From an uncultured virus (IMG/VR IMGVR_UViG_3300013123_000002) (lineage: Duplodnaviria; Heunggongvirae; Uroviricota; Caudoviricetes), in the IMG/VR virus record IMGVR_UViG_3300013123_000002: a DNA stretch of 64,000 bases; one strand, 5' to 3'. Positions 47,952 through 57,808 of the stretch are shown here, piece after piece. A program made the position numbers and the translations under genes. How positions within the stretch are numbered: the stretch's first letter is position 1; each line of letters begins with the position of its first letter. The notes beneath the pieces are model-generated. The model was given only the letters and a program-made list of their open reading frames with translations. It did no database searches and was not told where the DNA came from.

Positions 47952-50900
47952 TTAGAAGGATGGGGTAAAACCTGTTGACTGTGATGAAAGCTGTCCTCCA
48001 ACCCGTGTGATAGTGATACGGTTGATGAACTTGTGGATTCCTCTTGGGAAGTCAACCAAGATGTCGACAACTCCTGCATTGTTCTCGAGAACTTCTGTCG
48101 TGTTGTTGCTATCGTCGAAGATAACGTCGAACCAGGAAATTCCGCGAGCGTCTTGTACAGCTGCCAAGTAATTCTTGATCATGGTCTTTACTCTCATTCT
48201 CGTCGTAACGTCGTTCCAATCGAACAGGAAGTTCAGGAGGATGCGTTCAACGTCTCTTTCGATTGTGATGAGAGCTTCCCTTACGTGAATGTTGTTCAGA
48301 GCCGATTTTACTCTTTGGTAACCAGTGTTGTTTGAGAACACCATGACTCCGAATCCCCTACGACGAACGATCAGGTTGAAACCTGCTGGTTCCAAATAAT
48401 CTCTATCGCTGTTTGTGAGATCGTATTCGAGTCCTGTTATTTCAGGATCGGTCAGGATGCCTCTCTTACCAGCTACGATAGAGAAGGTGTTTCCGCTGTT
48501 GTACTTCTTCATGAACGCGTTTGCCACGTACATTGCCGGAGGGATCGATTTGTTCTTTCCGTTTTCGAAAATAACGATGTTCGGCATGAAGTAAGCTGCG
48601 TAGGAAGATAGTGGGATTCCGTTCTTTTCACCAGTTGCAAAGGTGAACAAGTAATCCGGGTTAGAGCTCAGGTCGCCTCCAGTTGAAATGTACTCGGTCG
48701 ATACCAAGCGAGTCGTTAAATCGATGAAGCTTGGGTTGACTGACCTTTCGTACTGTGCGAAGGACGGAGAGTTTGCGATTACGAAGAGCTTTCCGTGATC
48801 AGCTGCTAGCTGAGCTAGTTGCTGTTTCGATCCTGGGTAGATCTGTCCTTCGAACGAGTCGATGAGGTACCTGAAGTCCAGGGTTTCGTTGTCAGCTAGG
48901 GTCGATGCTAAGTTGCTTCCGTCGAATAGGAAGTCCAGTATGTCGTTCTGACGATCAGCTGTACCGTTAGGGTACAAGTTGAGGTCGTTGAGGTTCATAG
49001 CCGGAACTTTCTGTCCTACTAAGCTTGTGATGTAATTCTTTATTCCCTTGTAAGCACGAACCGTAGTTCCGGTGAGCTTGATACCAAGGTTGTTAACGTC
49101 AGCCGGTGCTGATGTGGTTACTGTGTACTTCAGAACAGTTACAGTTACTCCAGAAGGACCGTATGGACTCTTGGTAACTTTCTGTGCTGATACAGAGTTG
49201 ATGCGAAGCATACGACCACGTTCGGTTCCTGCTACGATGTTTGCTTGGAGGTAACGACCGACCTTAAAGAAGTTGTCGATGTTTGCTCTCTTCGTTGCAT
49301 CGTACGGGAAGCCAACGGCTGCGTTTGAAGTTTCGTTTCTGCTAGGATTTCCGTACAGAGTAGGATCGATCTCGAAGACCAGCCTGTTCGGTGCGAAGTA
49401 CTGGTAGGAGATGAAGTAATCAGTGTCGGTCATGTCAAAGTCCATCCTGTAGAAATCTGAAGTCTGGTTGACTATCCATAGGTAATCGCGGCCAGCGTCA
49501 GTTATCGATTCTGCGTCTACCTGGTTTGTCCTAGTAACGTCAGTGAATGCTTGGAAAGTGATGTACTTAACAGCGCCCTGAGTTTTGATGAAACCGTCAG
49601 ATGCTATGTACAGAGTAGTTGGAGTAGGAGTTCCGTATTTCAGGTAATCACCGTTCTTTACGATACCCTTCATCCATGCTTTGTAGAGTTTGCTTGCTTC
49701 CGTTGCGATTATCTCGGTAGGAGTTTCAGCATTTATGTAGATCTGGCCGTCGATGTAAGTCGGTACGTAGGTCGTGAGTTTGAAGTAGAATGCGCAGTCA
49801 ATAGGTTTTCTGTAGCTGAGCGTGTCGATCATAGCTACTGGGTCAACTGCGGTTATACCGTCGTCAACCACGTAAGCTGCGTGAGTTCCGTTAGCGATGC
49901 TGAGTTCATCAACACCGTGACCGATTAGATCGATTCTTTGTTCTGCCATAGGTTCTGTATCTGAACCGCTGTCAAAAGTAGCGTTCGTTAGGTCGATCAT
50001 GTCGACTTTCTTGTAGTCGAGTGCTACGAATACTCCGGTTTCCGGAAACTTACGATTGAACACTGTGTCTATAGCTACGATGGTTCCTGTGAGGTCCCTG
50101 AACTCTGGGATGATGCATCCAACAGTCTTAGCGTACAGAGTAACTTCTTTCAGTGCGGTAAAATCGTTGATCTTTGAACTGATGATACCTGATGCGGTGA
50201 AGTATTGGCTGTAAACCGGGTCGCTCGATAGCTTCAAGTAATCGGTCCAGTCTCCTTCAACGACGATGACTTCGACGAAGTAGTCCTGAACGATGTCGTC
50301 CGGGTTCAAGAATTCTGGGATCTGAACTTTGTCACCAAGGAGGGCGTAGTATTCCTTGACGGTTATGTCGTATCCAGTAACGTCTGCTATTCTTACCCAA
50401 GCGGTAACATCTTTCCTTGAAAGATTTACTACCGTTAGGATCTTGTTTGCATCGCGATCGGCTGCTCCGTGCTGCGCTGGGTTGAGAATGTAGTCATCTC
50501 CCAGCTCAATGTTTTTCCACTTGTTAACCATGTCAACGTCTGCAAACCACAGTTTCTGTGTGTTGTAGAAATTGGACATGCTGCTCTTGTAGTTGGTATT
50601 GTCCCAAACCGCGTTGTTGGAAGCTGATTCAGAGTTGAAAGTAGCGAAGTAAGCTTCGTCGGTTGCGGAGACAGGAAGGACGTTTAAAGCGTAAACAGGT
50701 CCTTGCCTTAGAGCAACATCAATCGTCCTGTGGAAGTAGCTGCCGTTTTTCTCTAGCTTGGTGTCAAGCTCCCCGTATACGATCTGGCTGGTTCGAGTGC
50801 TGTCTACCAACACAACTGAGTTGATAGGGCCCTTTTTGCTAGAACCGATAACAAGCCGCCCGGTCGAGATCGGGAGAGCTAAGTTCTGGCTCTCATCTAT

Positions 50901-50957
50901 CTCTACTGTGTATACGCCACTTGACTTGAACCTGTTCAGATTTAATTTTTCTGCCAT
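47952..50957 (-). CDS. gp18: Contractile tail sheath protein, T4 gp18-like (1001 aa)
   Basis: SSGVYTVEIDES N-terminus; PPAMYVA, VAGKRG, DRDYLEPAGFN, SALNNIHVRE, FDWND C-terminal sheath motifs. Confidence 0.92.
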   Translation of the reverse strand: MAEKLNLNRFKSSGVYTVEIDESQNLALPISTGRLVIGSSKKGPINSVVLVDSTRTSQIVYGELDTKLEKNGSYFHRTIDVALRQGPVYALNVLPVSATDEAYFATFNSESASNNAVWDNTNYKSSMSNFYNTQKLWFADVDMVNKWKNIELGDDYILNPAQHGAADRDANKILTVVNLSRKDVTAWVRIADVTGYDITVKEYYALLGDKVQIPEFLNPDDIVQDYFVEVIVVEGDWTDYLKLSSDPVYSQYFTASGIISSKINDFTALKEVTLYAKTVGCIIPEFRDLTGTIVAIDTVFNRKFPETGVFVALDYKKVDMIDLTNATFDSGSDTEPMAEQRIDLIGHGVDELSIANGTHAAYVVDDGITAVDPVAMIDTLSYRKPIDCAFYFKLTTYVPTYIDGQIYINAETPTEIIATEASKLYKAWMKGIVKNGDYLKYGTPTPTTLYIASDGFIKTQGAVKYITFQAFTDVTRTNQVDAESITDAGRDYLWIVNQTSDFYRMDFDMTDTDYFISYQYFAPNRLVFEIDPTLYGNPSRNETSNAAVGFPYDATKRANIDNFFKVGRYLQANIVAGTERGRMLRINSVSAQKVTKSPYGPSGVTVTVLKYTVTTSAPADVNNLGIKLTGTTVRAYKGIKNYITSLVGQKVPAMNLNDLNLYPNGTADRQNDILDFLFDGSNLASTLADNETLDFRYLIDSFEGQIYPGSKQQLAQLAADHGKLFVIANSPSFAQYERSVNPSFIDLTTRLVSTEYISTGGDLSSNPDYLFTFATGEKNGIPLSSYAAYFMPNIVIFENGKNKSIPPAMYVANAFMKKYNSGNTFSIVAGKRGILTDPEITGLEYDLTNSDRDYLEPAGFNLIVRRRGFGVMVFSNNTGYQRVKSALNNIHVREALITIERDVERILLNFLFDWNDVTTRMRVKTMIKNYLAAVQDARGISWFDVIFDDSNNTTEVLENNAGVVDILVDFPRGIHKFINRITITRVGGQLSSQSTGFTPSF

Positions 50958-50982
50958 CGTGTGCTATCGTTATTTTTTAGGT

Positions 50983-50994
50983 TATTTATTTATC
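50983..50994 (-). promoter_or_regulatory. Late promoter (GATAAATAAATA, overlapping copies)
   Basis: Upstream of the sheath ATG at 50957. Confidence 0.7.
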
Positions 50995-51046
50995 ACCCTG
51001 TTCCCAAAATCGACTTTCTGGGAAAATGACAGGTCACAACTGAAGT

Positions 51047-51054
51047 TATTTATC
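51047..51054 (-). promoter_or_regulatory. Second late promoter (GATAAATA) upstream of the sheath gene
   Basis: Exact motif; a hairpin ttcccaaaa/ttctgggaa (51001-51024) lies between the two promoters. Confidence 0.6.
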
Positions 51055-51075
51055 AGATTCTTACCTACCAAACCT

Positions 51076-51102
51076 AAACCGTTTCGCTGTTCTCAATAAA
51101 AG
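51076..51102 (+). promoter_or_regulatory. Pre-late promoter AAAC-N17-TAAAAG
   Basis: Upstream of the dUTPase ATG at 51124. Confidence 0.6.
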
Positions 51103-51123
51103 ATGACATAAAAATGACTAATT

Positions 51124-51603
51124 ATGCAACCTAAACTGCGATTCATAAAGACTAAGGAGGTTAAAACACCTTCGTACGGAACTCTGGGTTCTGCTGGCAT
51201 TGATTTTTTCGTTCCAGAAGCTTTTCCTGAGCAACGGTTAAACCCAGGAGAGGATATTCTCATCCCTAGCGGAATAAAAGCTAGAGTACCGGATGGTTAC
51301 GCGTTAATCACGCACAACAAGAGCGGAATAGCTACCAAGAAGAGACTTCAAGTCGGAGCTTGTGTGGTGGACAGCGATTACCAGGGTGAGATTCACATTC
51401 ACGTTTACAACACAAAAGCTGACGGAGCGGTAGAAATTGCCCCAGGCATGAAACTGGTTCAATTTCTTTTAATTCCAGTAGCTCACGCTGACCTGGAAGA
51501 GTGCAACACGCTGGAAGAAGTGTTTCCGGTTCAATCGGAAAGAGGTGACGGCGGTTTTGGGTCAACCGACACTAAATCTGAAGCTATGGAAGCTACACGT
51601 TAA
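51124..51603 (+). CDS. dut: dUTPase (trimeric)
   Basis: SAGIDF, KSGIA, VVDSDYQGEI, RGDGGFGST. Confidence 0.95.
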   Translation: MQPKLRFIKTKEVKTPSYGTLGSAGIDFFVPEAFPEQRLNPGEDILIPSGIKARVPDGYALITHNKSGIATKKRLQVGACVVDSDYQGEIHIHVYNTKADGAVEIAPGMKLVQFLLIPVAHADLEECNTLEEVFPVQSERGDGGFGSTDTKSEAMEATR

Positions 51604-51619
51604 AAATTTTGGTAAGTTA

Positions 51620-51928
51620 ATGAAAAAGAAACGGTTAACTCGAGATGACATGCTGAACTGGTGGCTCAAAAAGTACCACAAGAAAACGGTTGAGCAAGTT
51701 ATTGCCGAACAACCAAAGGAAGTTCTTCAGAGCCCAGAGTGGTTCAAACTTTACCCGGTCACAAAAGCGCAGCACGATGAGTGGTACGCTTGGGCAATAT
51801 CCGCTCTTTCGAAGGAACGCGGACTTTCTGAAGAATCCGTACGAAAGCTGTTTGCTTTCGATTACTTGAACTGTTCGCCGTATTACGTAGAAGAAAATCA
51901 AGAAAATGATAGTAAGCACCGAATTTAA
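51620..51928 (+). CDS. Hypothetical protein (102 aa)
   Basis: ATG 51620 (MKKKRLTRDD...) fills the gap between dut and the polymerase gene. Confidence 0.6.
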   Translation: MKKKRLTRDDMLNWWLKKYHKKTVEQVIAEQPKEVLQSPEWFKLYPVTKAQHDEWYAWAISALSKERGLSEESVRKLFAFDYLNCSPYYVEENQENDSKHRI

Positions 51929-53312
51929 AGTCGATGAAGCCATGCTAGTCGTCTCCTACTACGATGAGACTGGCAAAGTTGCGTTTATACAGAAACCAAT
52001 ACCAGCAGTAGATCAGTTCAACTGGACGGTTACCGCAAACCCTACCGAATTTAGGAACTGGGACAATCGTTTTTTACGTAAATCTCCTAGCAAGTGGCTC
52101 AGCCGGTTCAGGCTGGAAGAACTCACTCAGTCGAGACTCACGCCGGACGAACTATCCCGTCTCTATTCGGATTACAGCCCAAGAAAGTATTTTCTCGACA
52201 TCGAGGTAAAGCTTGATTCTCAGGATTTTCCTGATCCAGCAAAAGCTCTCATGGAGGTCAACCTCATAACGTTCGTCGGAGAGAACAACATAGTTTACAC
52301 TCTTTCCACTATGGAAAACTTTGACGTTGAGACTCAGCAGAGACTCGTCGATGAAGTTAACCAATACTTTAAGGATGCAGGCATAGAAACCGATTTCACG
52401 CTAAAGTACCTATACTTCGAAAAGGAAGAGGACCTGATGCGAACGTTCTTTCACAAGTTATTACCGAAGATACCGTTCTTGACAGGTTGGAACGTGATCG
52501 GATTTGACTGGATCTACTTGATCAACCGAGCCGATCGATTAAAGATCGAGCCGATGAAGTACATGCCGTGCGAGAAGCTCATAGGAAAAGCAAAGATGCC
52601 GATCCACTTGGGACTCCTCGACTACATGGAAGTTTTCATGAACACCAAACCTTACAAAGTTGTCGAGAACTACAAATTGGAGTACATTGCTGAGCTCGTT
52701 CTTGGTGTCGGAAAGTTGAAACACGAGTACGGTTCGATGCTAGAAGCGCAGTCAGACACTTTCAACTTCGTGAAGTACAACATCATCGACACGTGCCTTG
52801 TCAAGCTGATGGACGATAAACTGCAGCTTCTTGAGGTAGCTTTTGCTATCTCAAAGTTTGCTAGAGTCGATGTTTCAAAGGTTTTCAGCGCGGTATTCAT
52901 CACCGAAACTCTCATGTGCAGGGAATTCTTAGGAAGAGGTAGATACATGTCCAACGACAAGAAGGATCTCGACGAGGAATCGACATACGACGGCGCATAC
53001 GTTATGAAGCCAGTTCCAGGTTTTTACAAGTACATCACCCTTCGAGACTTCAACTCCATGTACCCAAACCTAACCATTCAGTTCAACATGTCGCCGGATG
53101 CTTACATGGGACGAATTTCTAACCGGGACGCTGACGTGCCGAACGATGTCATCTTCACTATGAACGACACTTTATTTACGAACAAGTTCGACTCAGCTGC
53201 ACGAACCATTCTTACGAGGTTGTACAGCGGTCGTGTTGACACAAAGGACAAGATGAAAAAGTTGGAGGCTCAGTTAGAAAGTGAAAAGGCGGAAAAACAA
53301 AAGCTTAATTAA
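51906..53312 (+). CDS. Family B DNA polymerase, N-terminal half (exonuclease plus motif A) of a split gp43
   Basis: ExoI LDIE, ExoII GWNVIGFD, ExoIII YNIID and motif A DFNSMYPN; ends before motifs B and C. Confidence 0.88.
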   Translation: MIVSTEFKVDEAMLVVSYYDETGKVAFIQKPIPAVDQFNWTVTANPTEFRNWDNRFLRKSPSKWLSRFRLEELTQSRLTPDELSRLYSDYSPRKYFLDIEVKLDSQDFPDPAKALMEVNLITFVGENNIVYTLSTMENFDVETQQRLVDEVNQYFKDAGIETDFTLKYLYFEKEEDLMRTFFHKLLPKIPFLTGWNVIGFDWIYLINRADRLKIEPMKYMPCEKLIGKAKMPIHLGLLDYMEVFMNTKPYKVVENYKLEYIAELVLGVGKLKHEYGSMLEAQSDTFNFVKYNIIDTCLVKLMDDKLQLLEVAFAISKFARVDVSKVFSAVFITETLMCREFLGRGRYMSNDKKDLDEESTYDGAYVMKPVPGFYKYITLRDFNSMYPNLTIQFNMSPDAYMGRISNRDADVPNDVIFTMNDTLFTNKFDSAARTILTRLYSGRVDTKDKMKKLEAQLESEKAEKQKLN

Positions 53313-53328
53313 AAAAATCAGAAATTTC

Positions 53329-54042
53329 ATGGCAGGATTCGACATAGAGGAACTAATGTCCATAAAAAATGCTTACCAGGGACAGAGATTCCAGTGGATA
53401 AAACCGCCAGCATCTGAGAGACAGAAACTAGGAACGGTTGTGACGGTCATTGACGTCATACCAGGCCGGCGCATAAACACGGTAAACGGACCCGTCCAAA
53501 CTTACTTGGCGGTTCTGTCAGACCAGTCAAGGATAGAGTCAGAAGCTCTCACAAATAACCTTATGATGCTTCACGAGGACCAACCGCCGTTGACCAGAGA
53601 CGAGGTTCTATCAATTTACGTTGAACCGGAAGTAGACTTGGATGCTGTCAAAAAGGACCTTCCGGCTGACTTGCAATCTCTTTCTACCCTTCAACCTAGC
53701 CAGAAAAACCTTGGAGTTTCAGGACCGTCTGATGTCGGTTTTGCCACAGGAGTAAGCGGCAGTCCTGACCCGCCAGCGCAGCAGAGACAACAAATCCAAA
53801 TCGACACTAAGGGCCTGTTTGGAATGTTCTCGGTAGAAGAGACTGACGTCAACCTTAAGGTATCTGTCCAGCTTCCAGCAAAGAACCTTCTAAAGATGAT
53901 GTTTACTAATTCTCAGGACAAGGAGCAGTTCCTCGACCAGCTGTCCGCCCATATAAATAACAGCATAACGCTAGACGCTATCAAGGCTTCCGTGCGCACG
54001 TTCATGGGCCAGGACAAAAAGAAAAAGGAAGATGACCAATAA
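53329..54042 (+). CDS. Hypothetical protein
   Basis: ATG 53329 (MAGFDIEE...) preferred to the overlapping GTG at 53281. Confidence 0.6.
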   Translation: MAGFDIEELMSIKNAYQGQRFQWIKPPASERQKLGTVVTVIDVIPGRRINTVNGPVQTYLAVLSDQSRIESEALTNNLMMLHEDQPPLTRDEVLSIYVEPEVDLDAVKKDLPADLQSLSTLQPSQKNLGVSGPSDVGFATGVSGSPDPPAQQRQQIQIDTKGLFGMFSVEETDVNLKVSVQLPAKNLLKMMFTNSQDKEQFLDQLSAHINNSITLDAIKASVRTFMGQDKKKKEDDQ

Positions 54043-54634
54043 TTCAAACCCTCTGGAACCGGCAAAGATCGTTAAAACGATCACTCCGCTTGAAGGAGGA
54101 AAATTCGACCTGGTTTCTCTAAGCAGAAACACCGATAAGGATAACAGACTCGTGTCGAAATCCAACTTCATAGCTATCATTCCGTTCGAGAGAAACGAGG
54201 AAGACAAGATCTCTTACATCTACGGCGTCAAGTTTCAAAACCATGCTACTGACCGAGCGGACGTTTCCTTGCTGGTCGATACTTTGGATTCAGAAAGAGA
54301 TTCAACCGCTTACGATTCCGTCGGTCGAGCTCTTTTGGAAGAAGCAGGGTTGAACATCGACGAGATCGGCATTACTGAGGATGACCTTTTTTACTTGGGC
54401 CCGATGACGTTCAGCGAACCCATCAGCGCAAAGTTTAAGTGCTATGCTATCGACCTTACGAAAGTCGTACGACCAGACGAGCAGTTGGAATTTACGACTA
54501 CCCTAGCCAAATCCCCGTTCACCCGAGGTGAATCCGAAATCGTTAGATTAGGTTTCCATCAAGTCGTCAACGGCGATTACCCAGACGTCACGATTTTAGC
54601 CGGAGCTTTTCTCTTAGTTTCTTATTTTGCGTAA
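54032..54634 (+). CDS. Nudix-fold protein with a degenerate Nudix box
   Basis: TLDSERDSTAYDSVGRALLEEAGL versus GX5EX7REUXEEXGU. Confidence 0.55.
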   Translation: MTNNSNPLEPAKIVKTITPLEGGKFDLVSLSRNTDKDNRLVSKSNFIAIIPFERNEEDKISYIYGVKFQNHATDRADVSLLVDTLDSERDSTAYDSVGRALLEEAGLNIDEIGITEDDLFYLGPMTFSEPISAKFKCYAIDLTKVVRPDEQLEFTTTLAKSPFTRGESEIVRLGFHQVVNGDYPDVTILAGAFLLVSYFA

Positions 54635-54660
54635 AACTCGCGTGATCTTCGGTGTACAAT
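54634..54660 (+). promoter_or_regulatory. Pre-late promoter AAAC-N17-TACAAT
   Basis: Upstream of the recombinase ATG at 54689. Confidence 0.7.
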
Positions 54661-54688
54661 ACAGTATACCGAAAAATACGCATTACGC

Positions 54689-55885
54689 ATGGCAAAAACA
54701 CCATTTGAAGCGTTTGAGAAGTTCACCGATAACTTGGAAAAACGCGTAAAATCAATAGTCGAATTAAAGGGATTCGCGGATATCAGCGAGTTCATTCCTA
54801 CCGGAAATTACCTACTAAATGCACAGCTGTCCGGTTCAATCTTCGGAGGTTTTCCAAACACTCGAAGCATTGGAATAGCTGGCGATCCAGGAGCTGGAAA
54901 AACTTTCCTCTGCATGAATGCTGTTCGAGAGCTTCAGAAGATGGGTTACTACGTGTTTTACATTGACACCGAGGGAGCTATCGACTCAACCGACTTTCCG
55001 AAGTTTGGAGCTGATTTAGGAATGCTCAAATACTACAGGATGAAACTGATCAGCGACGTTAAGTTTTTCGTCGATGGTATGATAAAGACCAAGAAGGAAA
55101 GTTCAGACCTAAAGATCGCTCTGTTCGTCGATTCTGTAGGCATGTTAGACACAGACAAATCTATCGCTGACATCGAGAAAGGAAAGAACGCAGCAGATAT
55201 GGGTCTTCGGGCTAAGGAGCTCAGGGCTCTTTTCAAATCGTTCACCTTGGACCTTTCCAACTTAGCCATTCCCTTCATCTTCACTAACCACACTTACAGC
55301 GGGACCGATGCATACACCGGCAAATCCCCCAGCGGCGGAGGCGGTCCAGAATTCGCAGCTTCTATCATTCTCATGCTTAGCAAGGGAATACTACGAGACG
55401 ATGAAAAGACTGCAACCGGAATCATCGTTAGGTCGAAGACCAGAAAGAACCGTCTTGCTCGTCCGATTGAGATCGAATTTCACATCTCTCACCAGAAAGG
55501 TATGAACCCATTCGTTGGCTTGCAGGGTTACGTTGATTGGGTCGGCTGCGGAGTCGGCCGTGGAAAAAAATTGACCGAGAAGGAGTACCTAAAGTTAAAG
55601 CCGGACGAGCAGAAAGATTGTCATCCTTTTACAGTCGGAAACGACACATTCTACTTCAAGCCAGGACCAAAAGCTCAGAACTACATCATCAGTCACAACG
55701 GCGATGAAGTTCCAGTTAGACAGTTCTTTACCTCTCGTCTCTTTACACAGGACGTGCTTCACGCATTGGACGAGAACGTCATAAAGCCGAAGTTCAAATA
55801 CCCAGAAACAGTTGAGGGTTTGTCCGAACTGGAAGCAGAAGAATTAGCTGACTCGGAAGAGGAAGGACCGGGTGATGAACTTTAA
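54689..55885 (+). CDS. uvsX: RecA/UvsX recombinase
   Basis: IPTGNYLLN, Walker A GDPGAGKT, IDTEGA, VDSVG, FTNH. Confidence 0.92.
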   Translation: MAKTPFEAFEKFTDNLEKRVKSIVELKGFADISEFIPTGNYLLNAQLSGSIFGGFPNTRSIGIAGDPGAGKTFLCMNAVRELQKMGYYVFYIDTEGAIDSTDFPKFGADLGMLKYYRMKLISDVKFFVDGMIKTKKESSDLKIALFVDSVGMLDTDKSIADIEKGKNAADMGLRAKELRALFKSFTLDLSNLAIPFIFTNHTYSGTDAYTGKSPSGGGGPEFAASIILMLSKGILRDDEKTATGIIVRSKTRKNRLARPIEIEFHISHQKGMNPFVGLQGYVDWVGCGVGRGKKLTEKEYLKLKPDEQKDCHPFTVGNDTFYFKPGPKAQNYIISHNGDEVPVRQFFTSRLFTQDVLHALDENVIKPKFKYPETVEGLSELEAEELADSEEEGPGDEL

Positions 55886-56213
55886 GATTCAAGAAACTCT
55901 TCCCATAAAGTATTCTTTGGGATTGCACCAGAGCATGCCAAACTATCCAACGTCTCAGGATTTCATGTTCGACGTGATCTCGCACCTAGTTAGAGTTGCT
56001 GAGTCACGTGAAAAGGAATGGAATCCAGCTGATATAAAATTCTCAGTAAAGACTCTCAAGTACGTTTTTGGTGACAACACTAAATCCGAAGAATTCTTGG
56101 GACGTATAAAAGCCATACTGAAAGACCTCATAGATTCCGAGGCGCTCGAAAGAAGAGGCGAATACCTTTACATCAGCAAGTCGGAATTTTCACGGTACTA
56201 TTCAATAAGTTAA
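55872..56213 (+). CDS. Hypothetical protein (possible winged helix)
   Basis: ORF in the operon with a helix followed by a C-terminal beta-hairpin-like end. Confidence 0.55.
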   Translation: MMNFKIQETLPIKYSLGLHQSMPNYPTSQDFMFDVISHLVRVAESREKEWNPADIKFSVKTLKYVFGDNTKSEEFLGRIKAILKDLIDSEALERRGEYLYISKSEFSRYYSIS

Positions 56214-56223
56214 CCCAATTCAC

Positions 56224-57792
56224 ATGGTAATAGATTTTAAGGAAAATATCGAGCTGCTGGAGAAATTGATATTCAATTTCGTTCTGATGCCAGACGATAA
56301 TGAGGTAGTGATCAAACCAAAAAATAGTGAGTCGATCGACAAACGTGAAGTCATCGCTGCCGTGAAACCTCACTATTTTAACGATGATGTTCTTCAAAAA
56401 GTTTACAGGGAAGTCAAAAAGTTCTTCGTTGAATACCGAAAAGTCCCAACGAAGAACGAGATCAGAGAGTTGTCCAATTTAGCCAACCTTGACATTCCGG
56501 AAGATAAGTTCGAAAAGCTATTTGAAATCGACTTAAAATCGATGACTTACGATTTCTTAGTCAAGTATACCAAAGCTTTCGTTCTTTTGAAGAACCTCAA
56601 TGAGGTAACTATCGAGACTCTTTCCTACTTAAAAACGGCAGAGGTAAATCCAGATAACATCGAGCTCATCACCAACGAAGTTCGAACTAAGTTCAGCGAT
56701 AAACTCAACTTATCTTTTACTAGCGCAGATTCAGGGTTAAACTTTTTCAATGCTAATCACCACATTCAACTTTCAAAAGTCGGAACTCCAACAGGTTTTC
56801 CGTTTTTCAATAAGGTCTTAGATGGCGGATGGAACCCAAAAACGTTGGTCATATTCCAAGGTAGGCCGAAGGTCGGAAAATCGATGGTTCTTTCGAACAT
56901 CGGAGCCAGGGCTTTCTTAAGCGGAGTTGACGTTGGTATCGCTACGCTTGAACTCTCTGACCGAAAGTACATGAAGAGGTTAGGGTCCACTATCCTAAAC
57001 ATTCGCACTAAGGAGTACGATTCTTACTTGACCAAGGAAGATGCGGTCGGCATCGACGAACGAATAAATTCTTTAAGAGAAAAAGTGCCCAACTTAGGAC
57101 ACTTGGAAGTTAGAGAATTTGGCGCGGGTTCCGCCACCGCGATCGACATAGAAAATTACTTCTTACGGGTTCAGCAGAACACCGGCATCAAGTTCAAAGT
57201 CATAATCGTAGACTACCTGAACTTGATGAGACCTCTTCGAGATCAGGGAAACATGTACGGAAACGTAAAGACGATCAGCGAGGAACTCAGAGCAGTCGCC
57301 ATACGAAACGAATGGTGCATCATATCAGCTACTCAGATAAAACGAGAAGCAGTAGATGATCAGGACTTAGGAATGACTGATGTCGCTGAATCGTTCGGCC
57401 TAATTCACACGGTGGATTCATTGTTCGGTCTGATAAGAGGTCCGCTTGAAAGAAGAATGAAGATAAAGCTTATCGCAAACAGAGACGGCGGTTACAACGA
57501 GAGCTTCAAGATGTTCAGGTTGGATTACGAGTATTCCAAACTGATAGAAGAAACGGATCCAGCCTCCGAGTATTACTCAGACGATGACGATACTCAATCG
57601 CTGGAAGAACAGATGCGAAGCCAGTACCAAACTGCTCAGACTACTGACGTTCCGTCGTTGGGATTGAACCTAGACGATGATTTTCCGCAAATTCAACCCC
57701 AGGTAGCTGAGGATTTTCCGCAGCAACCTCCTCCTGAAAAACCAAGAGGGCCAAAAAAGTCTCATGATGACATACTGAATGAGATAAGCTAA
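56224..57792 (+). CDS. gp41: Replicative DnaB-like helicase, T4 gp41-like
   Basis: GRPKVGKS, TLEL, IVDYLNLM, SATQ, AESFG. Confidence 0.92.
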   Translation: MVIDFKENIELLEKLIFNFVLMPDDNEVVIKPKNSESIDKREVIAAVKPHYFNDDVLQKVYREVKKFFVEYRKVPTKNEIRELSNLANLDIPEDKFEKLFEIDLKSMTYDFLVKYTKAFVLLKNLNEVTIETLSYLKTAEVNPDNIELITNEVRTKFSDKLNLSFTSADSGLNFFNANHHIQLSKVGTPTGFPFFNKVLDGGWNPKTLVIFQGRPKVGKSMVLSNIGARAFLSGVDVGIATLELSDRKYMKRLGSTILNIRTKEYDSYLTKEDAVGIDERINSLREKVPNLGHLEVREFGAGSATAIDIENYFLRVQQNTGIKFKVIIVDYLNLMRPLRDQGNMYGNVKTISEELRAVAIRNEWCIISATQIKREAVDDQDLGMTDVAESFGLIHTVDSLFGLIRGPLERRMKIKLIANRDGGYNESFKMFRLDYEYSKLIEETDPASEYYSDDDDTQSLEEQMRSQYQTAQTTDVPSLGLNLDDDFPQIQPQVAEDFPQQPPPEKPRGPKKSHDDILNEIS

Positions 57793-57808
57793 AATAACTA
57801 ACTAAACT

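Noticed and set aside
51906..57792. Inteins or introns in the polymerase, recombinase or helicase
   Set aside because: No intein splice motifs (C/S...HN), no homing endonuclease ORF, and the recombinase and helicase have normal lengths.
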